DNA from: a virus
Strand: one strand, 5' to 3'
DNA length: 64,000 bases
IMG/VR virus record: IMGVR_UViG_3300022602_003048
Location: 1 to 64,000 of that record
Part shown: in pieces, positions 10,002-20,237 of the stretch
How positions within the stretch are numbered: position 1 is the first letter of the stretch
Layout: the number at the start of each line of letters is the position of its first letter
The notes under the pieces: model-generated
The model's input: only the letters and a program-made list of their open reading frames with translations
What the model was told of the DNA's origin: nothing
Database searches by the model: none
Position numbers and translations under genes: made by a program

Positions 10002-10545
10002 TTTCAATCGTCTAGGTACCTATAATAAAATTAGTTGGGTTGATGTGACTAGCAATCTATTACATCAAACAGGAATATCAATAACAACAGATCCGTCGAG
10101 GTGGGAACTTGCTACACCCGGATATTTAGAAATATATAAAATTTGGCAAGAAGCATGCTTCAATCCTAATGCTATCAGATGGACTAATTATTACCCAGGC
10201 AAACATTTCCCAAACGATATAATTGATCAGATATGCTCTCATTTGAAAATTGATCATATTAGGTCTTGGATCAGCAGGCTTGATCCTGGATACTTTGCAC
10301 CATGGCATTGGGACGTTGATGATAATGAACAAGAATATCTATCGAAAGGTGAGATACATAGATTTAGCATCTTTGTAGAACCTCCTACATTTGGACATAT
10401 TTTTATATTAGGTAATGATTATCTAATAAACGAACCTGAAGGTTCTATAGTCGGTTGGAAAAATCATAGAGAATGGCATAGCGGAATCAATGCAGGATTG
10501 AAACCAAAATTTATGTTGCATCTATTAGGATATCAGTTGCCATAA
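9994..10545 (+). CDS. Fe(II)/2OG oxygenase / cupin
   Basis: PGYFAPWHWD (HxD), WHSG.N.G. Confidence 0.78.
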   Translation: MTSFNRLGTYNKISWVDVTSNLLHQTGISITTDPSRWELATPGYLEIYKIWQEACFNPNAIRWTNYYPGKHFPNDIIDQICSHLKIDHIRSWISRLDPGYFAPWHWDVDDNEQEYLSKGEIHRFSIFVEPPTFGHIFILGNDYLINEPEGSIVGWKNHREWHSGINAGLKPKFMLHLLGYQLP

Positions 10546-11057
10546 GTTGTTATTTGGAAAGTGTAACGTGTTTTATAACCTATGTTTACACATCCGTGGT
10601 AGCACATAGGGTCTGACCATCTATACAGGTCACCTGCTTTATAGTCTGATATCATCTTGTTATCCCATACAAATATATGTCCAGGTTGGAAATCCTGCAT
10701 AAAGACGGTATAACGCTGTGGATTTGGGGTTTCTATTAGATGTGGATCAAAATGCATAGCTTGCATTTGTCCGGGCAATAATTTGACAAACCACCAAAGT
10801 TTTTCGCGATCGTCTCCAGGGATATCTGGTAGAGAAAATTTAAAATCCTGCATGTCTCTTGATTTAGAATTAAATTGCTGGAAATCGTGATTGCGATGTG
10901 CATAACCAGGTCTAGCCTTCTCTCGAGCTTCTTCCCATTCGGGACGACCGGTCCATCGTTCTGGTTGCCAGACTGGGGTAGTATCTCCGTCACTTTTTTC
11001 TAGGTGTTCCATCATCTCAGCTGTAATCCATTCTCTTATGTTTCCTAGATAAATCAT
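10533..11057 (-). CDS. Fe(II)/2OG oxygenase / cupin
   Basis: PGQMQAMHFD, YHGCVNIG..RYTFQIT; similar to 9994-10545. Confidence 0.78.
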   Translation of the reverse strand: MIYLGNIREWITAEMMEHLEKSDGDTTPVWQPERWTGRPEWEEAREKARPGYAHRNHDFQQFNSKSRDMQDFKFSLPDIPGDDREKLWWFVKLLPGQMQAMHFDPHLIETPNPQRYTVFMQDFQPGHIFVWDNKMISDYKAGDLYRWSDPMCYHGCVNIGYKTRYTFQITTYGN

Positions 11058-11872
11058 TAGTATGACTCCAAATGAGATATTCCTAATTTTTTACGGAAAG
11101 ATTCTGTGAATTTACCGTCTATCCTAAGGCTATAGCTCTGTTCTATGATCTTCTCACCGCCGTGGAAGTCTTGGTCGTTCCACCATGCTGCCCTAGTATT
11201 TAGGTATATCTTGTTTTTATCATCGGGGTCCCATACATAAAATGCTTTTTTAGTATTTGGCCGTATGTGTATGAATTCATTCCGGTGAGGTGTATAGTAG
11301 TCTTTGCTAAAAACACCATTCTTGGCATCTAGATCCCTGTGTTCAAAGGGAATCCCATCTGCTTCGCAATGGAAGAAGATCACGCGACCGATGTGTTCAA
11401 ATATATCATCTGTGATCATTTTCTCAACCCATCTAACTACAGTTGGAAAATAAGCAGCTTCCTCGGTCAGCCTACGAGCCGCTGTGCGATCATCCCAGCT
11501 GCCCTCCTCCCATAAGAAATAATAGATATACGGATCATAAGCACCTAGCGCCATCTTTATGTAGCGAGTAAATTTATTCCTCTGCTTATAATTTTTGATA
11601 TCCTTGAAAAGATCAATACCTCCCTTTTTGATAGGATCGTCGTCGGGTAGTGCTATAAACTCTTCCATAGCCTGGTAAACAGGTTTCCAATTATGCCTAT
11701 AGCTCATATCCTTTAGTTCAAATCCTGGTTTCATCCATGTGCCTTCTTTAGCATATTCTCTCGCCTCAGCGAATCCACGGATGATTTCGGGCTGCATCGC
11801 ATCAAACGCATCCATATCTAAATATTTCTCCATATCAATGTATGGAATATTACCTATTCCTCGTATTGCCAT
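11057..11872 (-). CDS. Fe(II)/2OG oxygenase-like protein
   Basis: GRVIF, EHRD (HxD), DFHGG, SLRIDG. Confidence 0.65.
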   Translation of the reverse strand: MAIRGIGNIPYIDMEKYLDMDAFDAMQPEIIRGFAEAREYAKEGTWMKPGFELKDMSYRHNWKPVYQAMEEFIALPDDDPIKKGGIDLFKDIKNYKQRNKFTRYIKMALGAYDPYIYYFLWEEGSWDDRTAARRLTEEAAYFPTVVRWVEKMITDDIFEHIGRVIFFHCEADGIPFEHRDLDAKNGVFSKDYYTPHRNEFIHIRPNTKKAFYVWDPDDKNKIYLNTRAAWWNDQDFHGGEKIIEQSYSLRIDGKFTESFRKKLGISHLESY

Positions 11873-12917
11873 AGTTGTTTATATACTCCTCTGGTATAGT
11901 GTCTAGTAGTGGTAACCCTTTATTTACAGCACCGTCTCGTAAGATCACCTGATGCACTAACGGTGACAATGGCTTTCCTAATAATATGTCTGACCAAGAT
12001 TCTGTCTGTACCTCAGATAAATCTAAAGTCCTAACATCGGGCCACTGTATGATTTTGACCCACAACCCATTTATGTAGGCTGAAAAATGTGACCTGTTTG
12101 ATTGGGTATATTCTTGTTCAAAACTCCAGTCGTATTTTTTACAGAATGATTTAACTTCTTTGACTAAATCTGATAAGAATATCTTTGGCCCACCCGGTGT
12201 CCTGCCTATGTCAGCACCGCAGCGTATCCTATATTGTTGGCATTTTTCTTTGCCAAATTCCTGTATTTCTAGCAGACAATATTCTAGCTGTGACATATCA
12301 TATAGCGTGTAACTGATATTTTTTATAAACATATTTAGATCTTCGCAATTTTTCATCCCTTGTAGTTGCTTTTTACGCACAGCGGCTCCCTGATAGTCTG
12401 GATGATTTAATCCTACCGTCCACCATAGCTGATCTATGTCTCGGAAGCTTTTCGCATATTCGTAATCAGATAAATTTACACCGTTGGTTAGTATGCTTAG
12501 CCTCCTAAATTTCCTAGGCATGTTCCTGATAGCTACGATTAGTTCCGGCAGATCCTTCCTAACGGTAGGCTCTGCTCCGCAGAGAGACATCGAAAATCCG
12601 TCATCGGGCCATCTATCTATCAGCTTGATCAGACTCTCTATAGAAGGATCTCTTGATCTATTATTGGGCATCTGGTAACAGTGTGGACAGGCTAGGTTGC
12701 ATTTGTTGGTGACTTCTAGCAGATAGTGTTCCAAAGGTCGTCTAACGTAATCATAGTTCAGATAAAATTCAGCGTCTGGTTCTACCAGATGCTCGCTATA
12801 TCCGTGTTCGGGGCATTCTTTGCCGAGCCAGATGCTGTCGTCTCTTACAAATCTCTTAGCCGGAACGTGCCTGTAGCAGTGTTCGCATAAGCCTACAGTA
12901 TCTTTGACACTATCCAT
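11850..12917 (-). CDS. Radical SAM protein with N-terminal CxxC...CxxH domain
   Basis: CEHC..CPEHG; CNLACPHC; GAEPT; LTNG. Confidence 0.9.
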   Translation of the reverse strand: MDSVKDTVGLCEHCYRHVPAKRFVRDDSIWLGKECPEHGYSEHLVEPDAEFYLNYDYVRRPLEHYLLEVTNKCNLACPHCYQMPNNRSRDPSIESLIKLIDRWPDDGFSMSLCGAEPTVRKDLPELIVAIRNMPRKFRRLSILTNGVNLSDYEYAKSFRDIDQLWWTVGLNHPDYQGAAVRKKQLQGMKNCEDLNMFIKNISYTLYDMSQLEYCLLEIQEFGKEKCQQYRIRCGADIGRTPGGPKIFLSDLVKEVKSFCKKYDWSFEQEYTQSNRSHFSAYINGLWVKIIQWPDVRTLDLSEVQTESWSDILLGKPLSPLVHQVILRDGAVNKGLPLLDTIPEEYINNYGNTRNR

Positions 12918-13974
12918 TGTAGCTCCTCTGGTATTTCTCAGGTATAGTATCTAACAATGGCAGATTATTGTTGATAGCACGATCTCTTAGGATTACCTGA
13001 TGGAGCAGTGTTGACATTGGCTTGTTTGAGAGAAGGTCTGCCCACGATTCTGACTGTACTTCCTCTAGATCGATAGTCCTTACATCACACCATTTGATCA
13101 GTTTATGCCTTACGCCATTTATTTTCACAGCATAATGTGTGCGATTCCCCTCAACATTTGATGCTTCGTAAGTCCAATTTTTAGTTATACACAGATCTTT
13201 AGCTGCCTGCACGAGCTCAGAAAGATAGTATTCTCTGTGCTTCTCCAAAGGTGTTCTTCCTATATCTACACCAACCTGTATCCTTGCATTGTCGCAGATA
13301 CCTTTTTTATTAAAATCTTGCATCTCTTCTAGAACATAATCTAACTGTTCAAGGTTAGCTAGCGTATATGTGAAGTTTTTTATTTTTAATCCCAATTTGA
13401 TGCAGTTTTCTACACCCTGCATCTGTCTTTCTCTTATAACTCCGCCGTTGTATTCTGGATGATTTAGTCCTATAGTCCAATGTAGTTTTCCTATATCCTT
13501 AAATCTCTGTGCATATGCTAGCTTCCCTAGATTTATACCATTAGTTACTATAACGATATCTCTTCCTTTGATGGGCAACTGCTGTATAGCCAGTATGAGA
13601 TCAGCAAGATCTCTCCTCACAGTTGGTTCGGCCCCCACGAGAGATACCGGTAATCCATCATCCGGCCATGACAGTATCTTCTCTAATAGAGAATCTATAG
13701 ATGGGTCCCGTGAACTATTCACTGGAATTTGATAGCAATGCGGACAATCTAAGTTGCATCTATTAGTGATATCGAGCCAGTATGAGCTAGGTTTCCTCTT
13801 TTCGTATGCCTGATTTTTATAAAAATCGGAATCTATCTCTATCAGTGTCTCGTGATATCCGTGCTCGCTGCATGTTTTACCTAACCACATCTTGTTATCT
13901 CTCTCAAAACGTGTTGCAGGAACATGTCTATAGCAATGCTCACATAGTGACACAGTATCTTGGATGATGGACAT
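12910..13974 (-). CDS. Radical SAM protein, tandem paralogue of 11850-12917
   Basis: CEHC..CSEHG; CNLDCPHC; GAEPT; colinear with neighbour along full length. Confidence 0.9.
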   Translation of the reverse strand: MSIIQDTVSLCEHCYRHVPATRFERDNKMWLGKTCSEHGYHETLIEIDSDFYKNQAYEKRKPSSYWLDITNRCNLDCPHCYQIPVNSSRDPSIDSLLEKILSWPDDGLPVSLVGAEPTVRRDLADLILAIQQLPIKGRDIVIVTNGINLGKLAYAQRFKDIGKLHWTIGLNHPEYNGGVIRERQMQGVENCIKLGLKIKNFTYTLANLEQLDYVLEEMQDFNKKGICDNARIQVGVDIGRTPLEKHREYYLSELVQAAKDLCITKNWTYEASNVEGNRTHYAVKINGVRHKLIKWCDVRTIDLEEVQSESWADLLSNKPMSTLLHQVILRDRAINNNLPLLDTIPEKYQRSYNG

Positions 13975-14030
13975 TGATTACTTATAAAGAATTTAATTGC
14001 TGCAATTTTTCTTGGATAATTATGTGTATG
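13972..14030. promoter_or_regulatory. Divergent late-type promoters (ATAAGTA-N4-ATG on minus, ATAATTA-N5-ATG on plus)
   Basis: Boxes at 13979-13985 (-) and 14016-14022 (+). Confidence 0.6.
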
Positions 14031-14720
14031 GATTATGAATACTACTACAATGATGTTCCTGGGAAAGGATTATGTCGCAATAATCTAATCTATACTAGCC
14101 TGATAAGCCACGATAAGAAAACTTTTGTGCAGTGGTACTTCAACGACGGAGTATATCATAAAGGTCAAAATCAGGTAGTTGATCCAGAAAAAATGGATGA
14201 AAAATGGCAGAGAGAGGTAAAATTTCTCTCCCTCATGCAAAAAAATTATCCTGATTTAGTGCCTGAGATACTTGATATAGATTACAAGGAAAGGAAAATA
14301 TATCTAAGGATTGATGGATCAGATTTTTGGCAACGCAGTTTGGACAGAAAATGTAATTTTGATGGTGTATTAGCTGATTGGCAAGAGCAGATGATAGTTA
14401 TAATAAACGCCCATAGTAGCTTAGGATTGCGTAAGTATTCTATGCACCCCAGCAGTTATTTCCTCATCAACGGAAGATTGAAAAGCATCAATTACTTTTT
14501 CACGTATTATAAAAACGAAAAAAATATCAGCATAAAAGAAGTTGAGAGTCATATACACACTACACGACAAGATGAGATAAGGAAAAATTTGAAGACATTA
14601 GGTATTGAATGGGATAAACCACAGCCTTGGAAAACGATGAATAGATTGTGTTGGGAAAGTTTTAGAAATAATTATCCAAATGATTTCATAGATAAGGTAT
14701 TAAATCTAGACAATGTATAA
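14028..14720 (+). CDS. Protein-kinase-like fold protein (atypical), paralogue of 9315-10001
   Basis: NLIYTSLIS, WQREVKFL, VPEILDID, WQEQM shared with 9315 ORF. Confidence 0.55.
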   Translation: MDYEYYYNDVPGKGLCRNNLIYTSLISHDKKTFVQWYFNDGVYHKGQNQVVDPEKMDEKWQREVKFLSLMQKNYPDLVPEILDIDYKERKIYLRIDGSDFWQRSLDRKCNFDGVLADWQEQMIVIINAHSSLGLRKYSMHPSSYFLINGRLKSINYFFTYYKNEKNISIKEVESHIHTTRQDEIRKNLKTLGIEWDKPQPWKTMNRLCWESFRNNYPNDFIDKVLNLDNV

Positions 14721-15300
14721 AATAATAACTTGGACAGAAGATCTAGATTTGTCAAGATTTTATGCGATTGCAGCTGCAAAAGGGTTCGTAAACAATGCCA
14801 GCCAGAAGATGTTGATTGACAGTTTTAAGAACGAAAGAGAAAAGCAAGTTTGGATATTATACTATAATGATAATGCAGTAGGCAGTGTAGCAGCGCATTC
14901 ATTTGATGAGATGGGTGAAAATTGTTACAGGATAGCTGCTAGGACCTGTGTGTTTTCAGATCTGTTACCTAGGAGTGCAGATAGGATAGAAGATGCTGTC
15001 GGTATCGGTGGGCTTAGGACAGTAAAGGGCATTGTGACACACCAGAATGTAACATCGCAGTTTTTAATACCTGCGTGTTTGGAATGGGTACCAAAAGGCA
15101 GCAGTTTATACATAACTTCTAACGAAAACGAAAGCGGAACACAGCGTCTTGTACATCGCATATTTGGACCAGAAATGGAAAAAACCGGACAGATGCGACG
15201 AATAAAAGACATGCAATACAGGGGAACACAGCAAACAGTCTGGCAATTTTTCCCAGATGCATTTTGGGAAACCATAAACAAGTATCCAAGGTGGAAGTAA
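14713..15300 (+). CDS. GNAT-like acyltransferase
   Basis: Beta-strand pattern VWILYY..AVGSVAAH..YRIAARTCV and LYITSN; fold inferred only. Confidence 0.45.
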   Translation: MYKIITWTEDLDLSRFYAIAAAKGFVNNASQKMLIDSFKNEREKQVWILYYNDNAVGSVAAHSFDEMGENCYRIAARTCVFSDLLPRSADRIEDAVGIGGLRTVKGIVTHQNVTSQFLIPACLEWVPKGSSLYITSNENESGTQRLVHRIFGPEMEKTGQMRRIKDMQYRGTQQTVWQFFPDAFWETINKYPRWK

Positions 15301-15301
15301 T

Positions 15302-16708
15302 ATGGTTGATAAATTCATAAAAAAGAACCAAAAAGATATATTATTTTGCATAGTCGATAATCATGATTCCTGTCAAGATGGTTGGTCTAGAGAAATATCA
15401 AAGAATCTATCAGATTTTATGATTTTTAAGATCAATCAACATAGTTATGATATTTTTATAGGAAGCGACGAAGACGATCTTTTAAGATCAGCAGAGGATT
15501 ATAGATATGCAGTAGTAATCGCCTCAGGAACTTCTTTTAAAAGATCTGATCGAATATTCCAAGCAATTGAAGACAAATGCAAAGAAGACTTTTTCCTAGC
15601 TGGACATATATTAGATAGAGAAGAATACTATTATGAATTACATCATCAGTTTTATATAGTCAATTTATTAGAATACAGATCCTTAGGTTGTCCCGATATA
15701 GGTAAAGCAACAGAAGATAAACATACACAGTTCCTTCCAGAAAAAAGTGTTGATTTTTTATATGGTGAGAAAAAAATACCAACATATATAAAACCCGGAA
15801 ACATACTAAAAGAATATACAGGAAAATCACACGGGTGGAATATCTTAGCCGAGGCTCTGCACAATGGAAAAACATTGGTTGATCTAGGAGAAAAAATACG
15901 CAATAATAAGCGGTATTTTTATTATGAATATAATCATGTTTTTATAAAGCATATTCCAGAAGTATTTTATGATCAATTCTTTTGTAATAATTTTTTTGCA
16001 GGATGGAATTCTGATAGAGTGTTAGATAGGATAGATTTTGACGGACCTGTTGAGCAGTATATAACAGTCGGTATTGGGTTTAATTGGATTAAAAATCTTA
16101 TATTATTAGATTACAATTTAGATACTAGAGTAGTTTTTACTGATATAAATTTAAGTTGTTTAACTTTTATGGAAAAAATGATTAGGAATTGGGATGGTAA
16201 AGATTATACAGATTTTTATAAGAAAAATATTCCTAGATTACCAAATGGATTTAGAGAATTAAATGAAGATTATATTAGAGAAGTTGACAGTCAATGGAAT
16301 CAATTTGTTTCAAAATTTACTTCCTGGCATGAAATTTGGAATAAAATACGCCAGCTAAAATATGATTTTGAATTGATAGATTATACTTCAAATTATGATA
16401 TCGATTGGATAGAACCTAACAAAAAAACTTTAATAAATCTAAGTAATCTTTTTAATTATGTTTCTGGATCTCAATCTCAAAGTGTAAAATATCGTATAGC
16501 ATGTGAGAATAGATTAATAAGAAAATTGAAAGATAAAAATCCAGAAATTATATTGATGTTGACTACTAGGGCAGCTGATGGTTTTTCTTCTGATAGAGAC
16601 AGGATTTTGTTAGGTAAAGTATCGGAATATAATTTAACTGATATTAACTTTTTAAAATCGCCAGCATGGCATCTCAACGAATGGTATTCTAATAAAATAT
16701 TAGATTAG
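15302..16708 (+). CDS. Hypothetical two-domain protein (possible transferase N-terminus, Rossmann/SAM-binding-like C-terminus)
   Basis: 468-aa ORF; VGIGFN..VVFTDIN and LINLSNLF resemble Rossmann strands; function uncertain. Confidence 0.4.
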   Translation: MVDKFIKKNQKDILFCIVDNHDSCQDGWSREISKNLSDFMIFKINQHSYDIFIGSDEDDLLRSAEDYRYAVVIASGTSFKRSDRIFQAIEDKCKEDFFLAGHILDREEYYYELHHQFYIVNLLEYRSLGCPDIGKATEDKHTQFLPEKSVDFLYGEKKIPTYIKPGNILKEYTGKSHGWNILAEALHNGKTLVDLGEKIRNNKRYFYYEYNHVFIKHIPEVFYDQFFCNNFFAGWNSDRVLDRIDFDGPVEQYITVGIGFNWIKNLILLDYNLDTRVVFTDINLSCLTFMEKMIRNWDGKDYTDFYKKNIPRLPNGFRELNEDYIREVDSQWNQFVSKFTSWHEIWNKIRQLKYDFELIDYTSNYDIDWIEPNKKTLINLSNLFNYVSGSQSQSVKYRIACENRLIRKLKDKNPEIILMLTTRAADGFSSDRDRILLGKVSEYNLTDINFLKSPAWHLNEWYSNKILD

Positions 16709-16731
16709 ATAGAACATTAGTATATCGTTAT

Positions 16732-17376
16732 TTACGGTAAATCGTTTAGTGTAATGTATCTTCCGTGTATGTTAGCTTTTTTAGCAGCATCGTCTATAAT
16801 TTTCCTCCATTCTTCAGTAGAATCATATCTTGACACTATGATATGATATCTATCTTGGTTGCTTGTATTGACAAGACGATGATGATAACTTACATTTATA
16901 GTAAATGCATCACCGTCGTTCATTTCTAGATTAGGATGATCGTCTCCCCAATACCATGTACACCCTTCAGGATTATTTAATACCAGGTTTATGTTTTCTA
17001 ATAATCGTGTATTACCGTCACTGTGTAATCCGATGTAACCACCGGCTTCTAATAGCATAAATCTAACCCTACCATAATGTTTAGAGGGAAATCTATTTAA
17101 GAAAAAATCATGTGTAGTTGGACATTCGTATGCTGCTTTTGTCCAGTGCATATCTTTGTCCGCATCTTGTCCACTGCTGTATCCGTATGTTTTCCAACCG
17201 CCGGTTTTGTCTTCTCCTAACCCGTATAATGTTAGAGATTTCCAGCCCTTTGAATCGTCACTTCTGTGATATACAAATCTGTCTTTTAATTTATTTGCTT
17301 CTTTTAGCATTTCTTTATGAGGGAAATCGATATCTAATTTTAAAAATCGAGCTTCTGATTCAAAAAAATGTTTCAC
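16732..17376 (-). CDS. Aspartyl/asparaginyl beta-hydroxylase-like Fe(II)/2OG oxygenase
   Basis: GWKSLTLYG, GRVRFMLLEAGGYIGLHSD, HRLVN.S..DRYHII. Confidence 0.85.
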   Translation of the reverse strand: MKHFFESEARFLKLDIDFPHKEMLKEANKLKDRFVYHRSDDSKGWKSLTLYGLGEDKTGGWKTYGYSSGQDADKDMHWTKAAYECPTTHDFFLNRFPSKHYGRVRFMLLEAGGYIGLHSDGNTRLLENINLVLNNPEGCTWYWGDDHPNLEMNDGDAFTINVSYHHRLVNTSNQDRYHIIVSRYDSTEEWRKIIDDAAKKANIHGRYITLNDLP

Positions 17377-17900
17377 GACAGTATTTTACCTTCAGCGTGT
17401 AATTTTAAAATATCTCCCCAAGGTGCTAATAGGGAAATTTGTAAAGCATCTCTGGTGTTTAAATCATTTCTAACACCATGCAGTATTTGTGCATTGACTA
17501 TAGTAGGACATCTATAATAGTGTTCATATAATATTTTTGTTGGATTTTGATAAGTCCCCTCAGCATAATAGATAGGAGCAAATATTTCCGGCTGTATCGG
17601 AAATATAATAACAGCTTGTCTAACTGCATCTAGGTGTGCATCTAATCCACCATCGGGTGGCATTCTGAGTATCTCAGCTCTTACAATTTTTAAAGCAGGT
17701 GAAAAGATTGAAATTAGTTCTTTGATATAATCATTTTCCATGATTATATCGCCAGAAAGCACGTAATACATAGTATCTTTCTTATCAACAGATACTGATT
17801 TTGTATCCCAATTATCTGCCGAATCGCATATTTCTTTTAGTTTTAATTTATCATATTTGACTTCCGGCAATTCTATCACATATTCGTTTGCGACTACCAA
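17373..17900 (-). CDS. Fe(II)/2OG oxygenase
   Basis: AHLD (HxD), LHGVRN..RDALQIS; AGGAG RBS before TTG. Confidence 0.75.
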   Translation of the reverse strand: MVVANEYVIELPEVKYDKLKLKEICDSADNWDTKSVSVDKKDTMYYVLSGDIIMENDYIKELISIFSPALKIVRAEILRMPPDGGLDAHLDAVRQAVIIFPIQPEIFAPIYYAEGTYQNPTKILYEHYYRCPTIVNAQILHGVRNDLNTRDALQISLLAPWGDILKLHAEGKILS

Positions 17901-17918
17901 ATGTTGCTCCTTTTGAAA

Positions 17919-17949
17919 TATTTATCAGCTTGTTTTCCGTCAATAAATA
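17919..17949. promoter_or_regulatory. Divergent ATAAATA late-promoter boxes
   Basis: tatttat at 17919-17925 (-) and ATAAATA at 17943-17949 (+); both downstream genes have SD sequences. Confidence 0.65.
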
Positions 17950-17973
17950 TCTTTAGATAGCGAGGGAAAGCAC

Positions 17974-18807
17974 ATGCAATACCATTTACATGACAATGGA
18001 TGGACGGTTATTTTAGATAATTTTGATTTTAAAACAGCGACGCAAGAAGATATAAATCAAATAGCTAAGCTGATAGCAAATAATACTTGCGTAGTAGCTA
18101 AAAATCAATCACTAACAATAGATGATGAATTGCGTATTGCTAATATGTTTAAAAATCCACAGCCTTTTATAAGAGAACACGATCCAAATAATCATCATTT
18201 TTGGGTAGAAGGCACTGGGGGAACTATACAGAGAGTTACTGGCGAGCTAAACGAACATGGATTTCCGGGCATAGCAGGTTATGTTGACGAAATGTTATGG
18301 CATTGTAATGAACCACAGAAGGAGACTCGATCTCCCATCATATGGTTATACGGTGTAAAGGGCACAAAAGGATCTAGGACATCTTGGAATAATAATATAA
18401 TGTCTTATAATGATCTAAGTCAGGAAATGAAAGATAAATTATCTACATTGCAAATAATATGTATGACAGGACTTTCATTGAAGGATGAAAGAGATGGTAT
18501 TCCTGTTGATACATATACACCAAATATAGTACATACAAACAATGCAGGGAAGACAGGATTGTTTTTCCCATTTTTACAAATGAGTCATTTTAAGAGAATG
18601 TCTGTTGAAGAAAGCAGAAAAATAATGGATCCATTAGCTGAACATACTATACAAGAGAAATATTGTTATCATCATGATTGGGATGACGGCGATGTTGTTA
18701 TTGCAGAACAATGGTTAGGTATCCATAAGCGTTGGCCATTTGAAGGAATCGCTACTAGATTGTTACATAGAATAGCATTTGATTTTCCAGATCAGGATTA
18801 TGTATGA
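17974..18807 (+). CDS. TauD/TfdA-family dioxygenase
   Basis: WHCN, YHHDWDDGDVVI, IHKR, RLLHR. Confidence 0.85.
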   Translation: MQYHLHDNGWTVILDNFDFKTATQEDINQIAKLIANNTCVVAKNQSLTIDDELRIANMFKNPQPFIREHDPNNHHFWVEGTGGTIQRVTGELNEHGFPGIAGYVDEMLWHCNEPQKETRSPIIWLYGVKGTKGSRTSWNNNIMSYNDLSQEMKDKLSTLQIICMTGLSLKDERDGIPVDTYTPNIVHTNNAGKTGLFFPFLQMSHFKRMSVEESRKIMDPLAEHTIQEKYCYHHDWDDGDVVIAEQWLGIHKRWPFEGIATRLLHRIAFDFPDQDYV

Positions 18808-19517
18808 TAAAAAATATTTTAGAATCACCGATGATAACAGATCCATGGAAACATCAAATTATAGATAAATTTTTTGATGAGAGTGATTTTAAAAAAATAT
18901 GGGATGCTTCTAAAAAATTACAAGAAACATATAGAGATAAAACTATTACATCTAACGATTGTTTAACGTTGGCGGAGGTGTTAGATATAATTGGTGATGA
19001 CGTTTTTGATATTATACTAAAAAGTAATACAGAAATATTAGATCATATAACAGATATAACAAATCTATATCCTAATCATTATAAACATAATGAATATGTT
19101 TCTTTTCCAACATTTCATATATTACCTCCTAATACTGGTTACCAAAAAATACATGATGAATCTAGTGATAAGACAATAAGTATTGTAGTTTACCTCTATC
19201 CGGAAAACAGTACCGGGACTTTTTTATACAAATCAAAAGATCGAGATTCTCTAGTTAAAGAAATAAGTTGGAAACCAAATAGTGCTATGTTATTTTGTGG
19301 AGAAAGTGATATTACTTGGCATGATTTTTGCTCTAGAGAATATCCTAGAGTAACACTTAATTATTTTGTTCGTTCTATATCATCTAGAGATTTAAAAGAA
19401 AAAGATGACAGATATTATTGGGAATTTGGTAATGGAATGAACGCATATATACCAAAGAATGTACCATCGGAGAAATTAAATTTACTCAAAAGCGGTATAT
19501 TATTTAGAAATTTATAG
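18804..19517 (+). CDS. Fe(II)/2OG oxygenase (prolyl-hydroxylase-like)
   Basis: IHDE, VVYLYP..GT.LY, WKPN, TWH, RVTLN. Confidence 0.82.
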   Translation: MIKNILESPMITDPWKHQIIDKFFDESDFKKIWDASKKLQETYRDKTITSNDCLTLAEVLDIIGDDVFDIILKSNTEILDHITDITNLYPNHYKHNEYVSFPTFHILPPNTGYQKIHDESSDKTISIVVYLYPENSTGTFLYKSKDRDSLVKEISWKPNSAMLFCGESDITWHDFCSREYPRVTLNYFVRSISSRDLKEKDDRYYWEFGNGMNAYIPKNVPSEKLNLLKSGILFRNL

Positions 19518-20120
19518 TAATTTTTGCGTTAGATAGTTTATATTATTAGAGTTACTATCTTTTAAATAGAATATAAAACACATTGCTTTATTTTTTTCAT
19601 CATTATTTCGCAGAGAATGATATTTTTCGACATTAAATGCATAAACATCTCCAGGCGATACAAGAAAACTATCTAAAACTATAGTTTCTATAGACGAATC
19701 TAAAGATCCGAACTCTCTAATATTAAACAACTCGTCGTCTTTTAGTCTAAGATTTTCATCTTTTATGTCGTAAAATTCAACATATGACGGATCACTAGTT
19801 TCTCTTATTATACATATATTCCAACGAGCATTCTTAGAATGTATATGTCTATGTTTTTCAAAATTGCTAGCGTATGTTATTCCTATAAATGGTTCTAATC
19901 CTGCATCTAATAAAAGTTCTTCTAATTCTGGAAAAATATTACATATATTGCTCCATTTTAAATCTATTTTACGGTCTACATTTAGTTGTTCATCTAGTAA
20001 TAAAAATTGATGATCTGTTGGGTAATCTTTACATATTGCCCAATAACTTGGAATTATTGGTGATATAATAACATTTATGTAGTCTTTGATATTATTTGAG
20101 ATAGAAATTATTTTCTTAAT
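19512..20120 (-). CDS. Cupin/2OG-oxygenase-like protein lacking a canonical start (candidate ATT start); extends the 72-aa ORF call
   Basis: Frame open from 20144 to 19512; HRHIH...WNICI...AFNVEKYHSLRN; ATAAATA box at 20142-20148. Confidence 0.65.
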   Translation of the reverse strand: MKKIISISNNIKDYINVIISPIIPSYWAICKDYPTDHQFLLLDEQLNVDRKIDLKWSNICNIFPELEELLLDAGLEPFIGITYASNFEKHRHIHSKNARWNICIIRETSDPSYVEFYDIKDENLRLKDDELFNIREFGSLDSSIETIVLDSFLVSPGDVYAFNVEKYHSLRNNDEKNKAMCFIFYLKDSNSNNINYLTQKLL

Positions 20121-20237
20121 CTGATCGTTATCTTGGTTGAGTATTTATGTTTGACAACATTTTGTATTCCTGTGCGACGGTTAGCTTTTAAGATATTTTC
20201 TAAAAGTTATTTATTGACTGTAATAAATATTCCTGAC

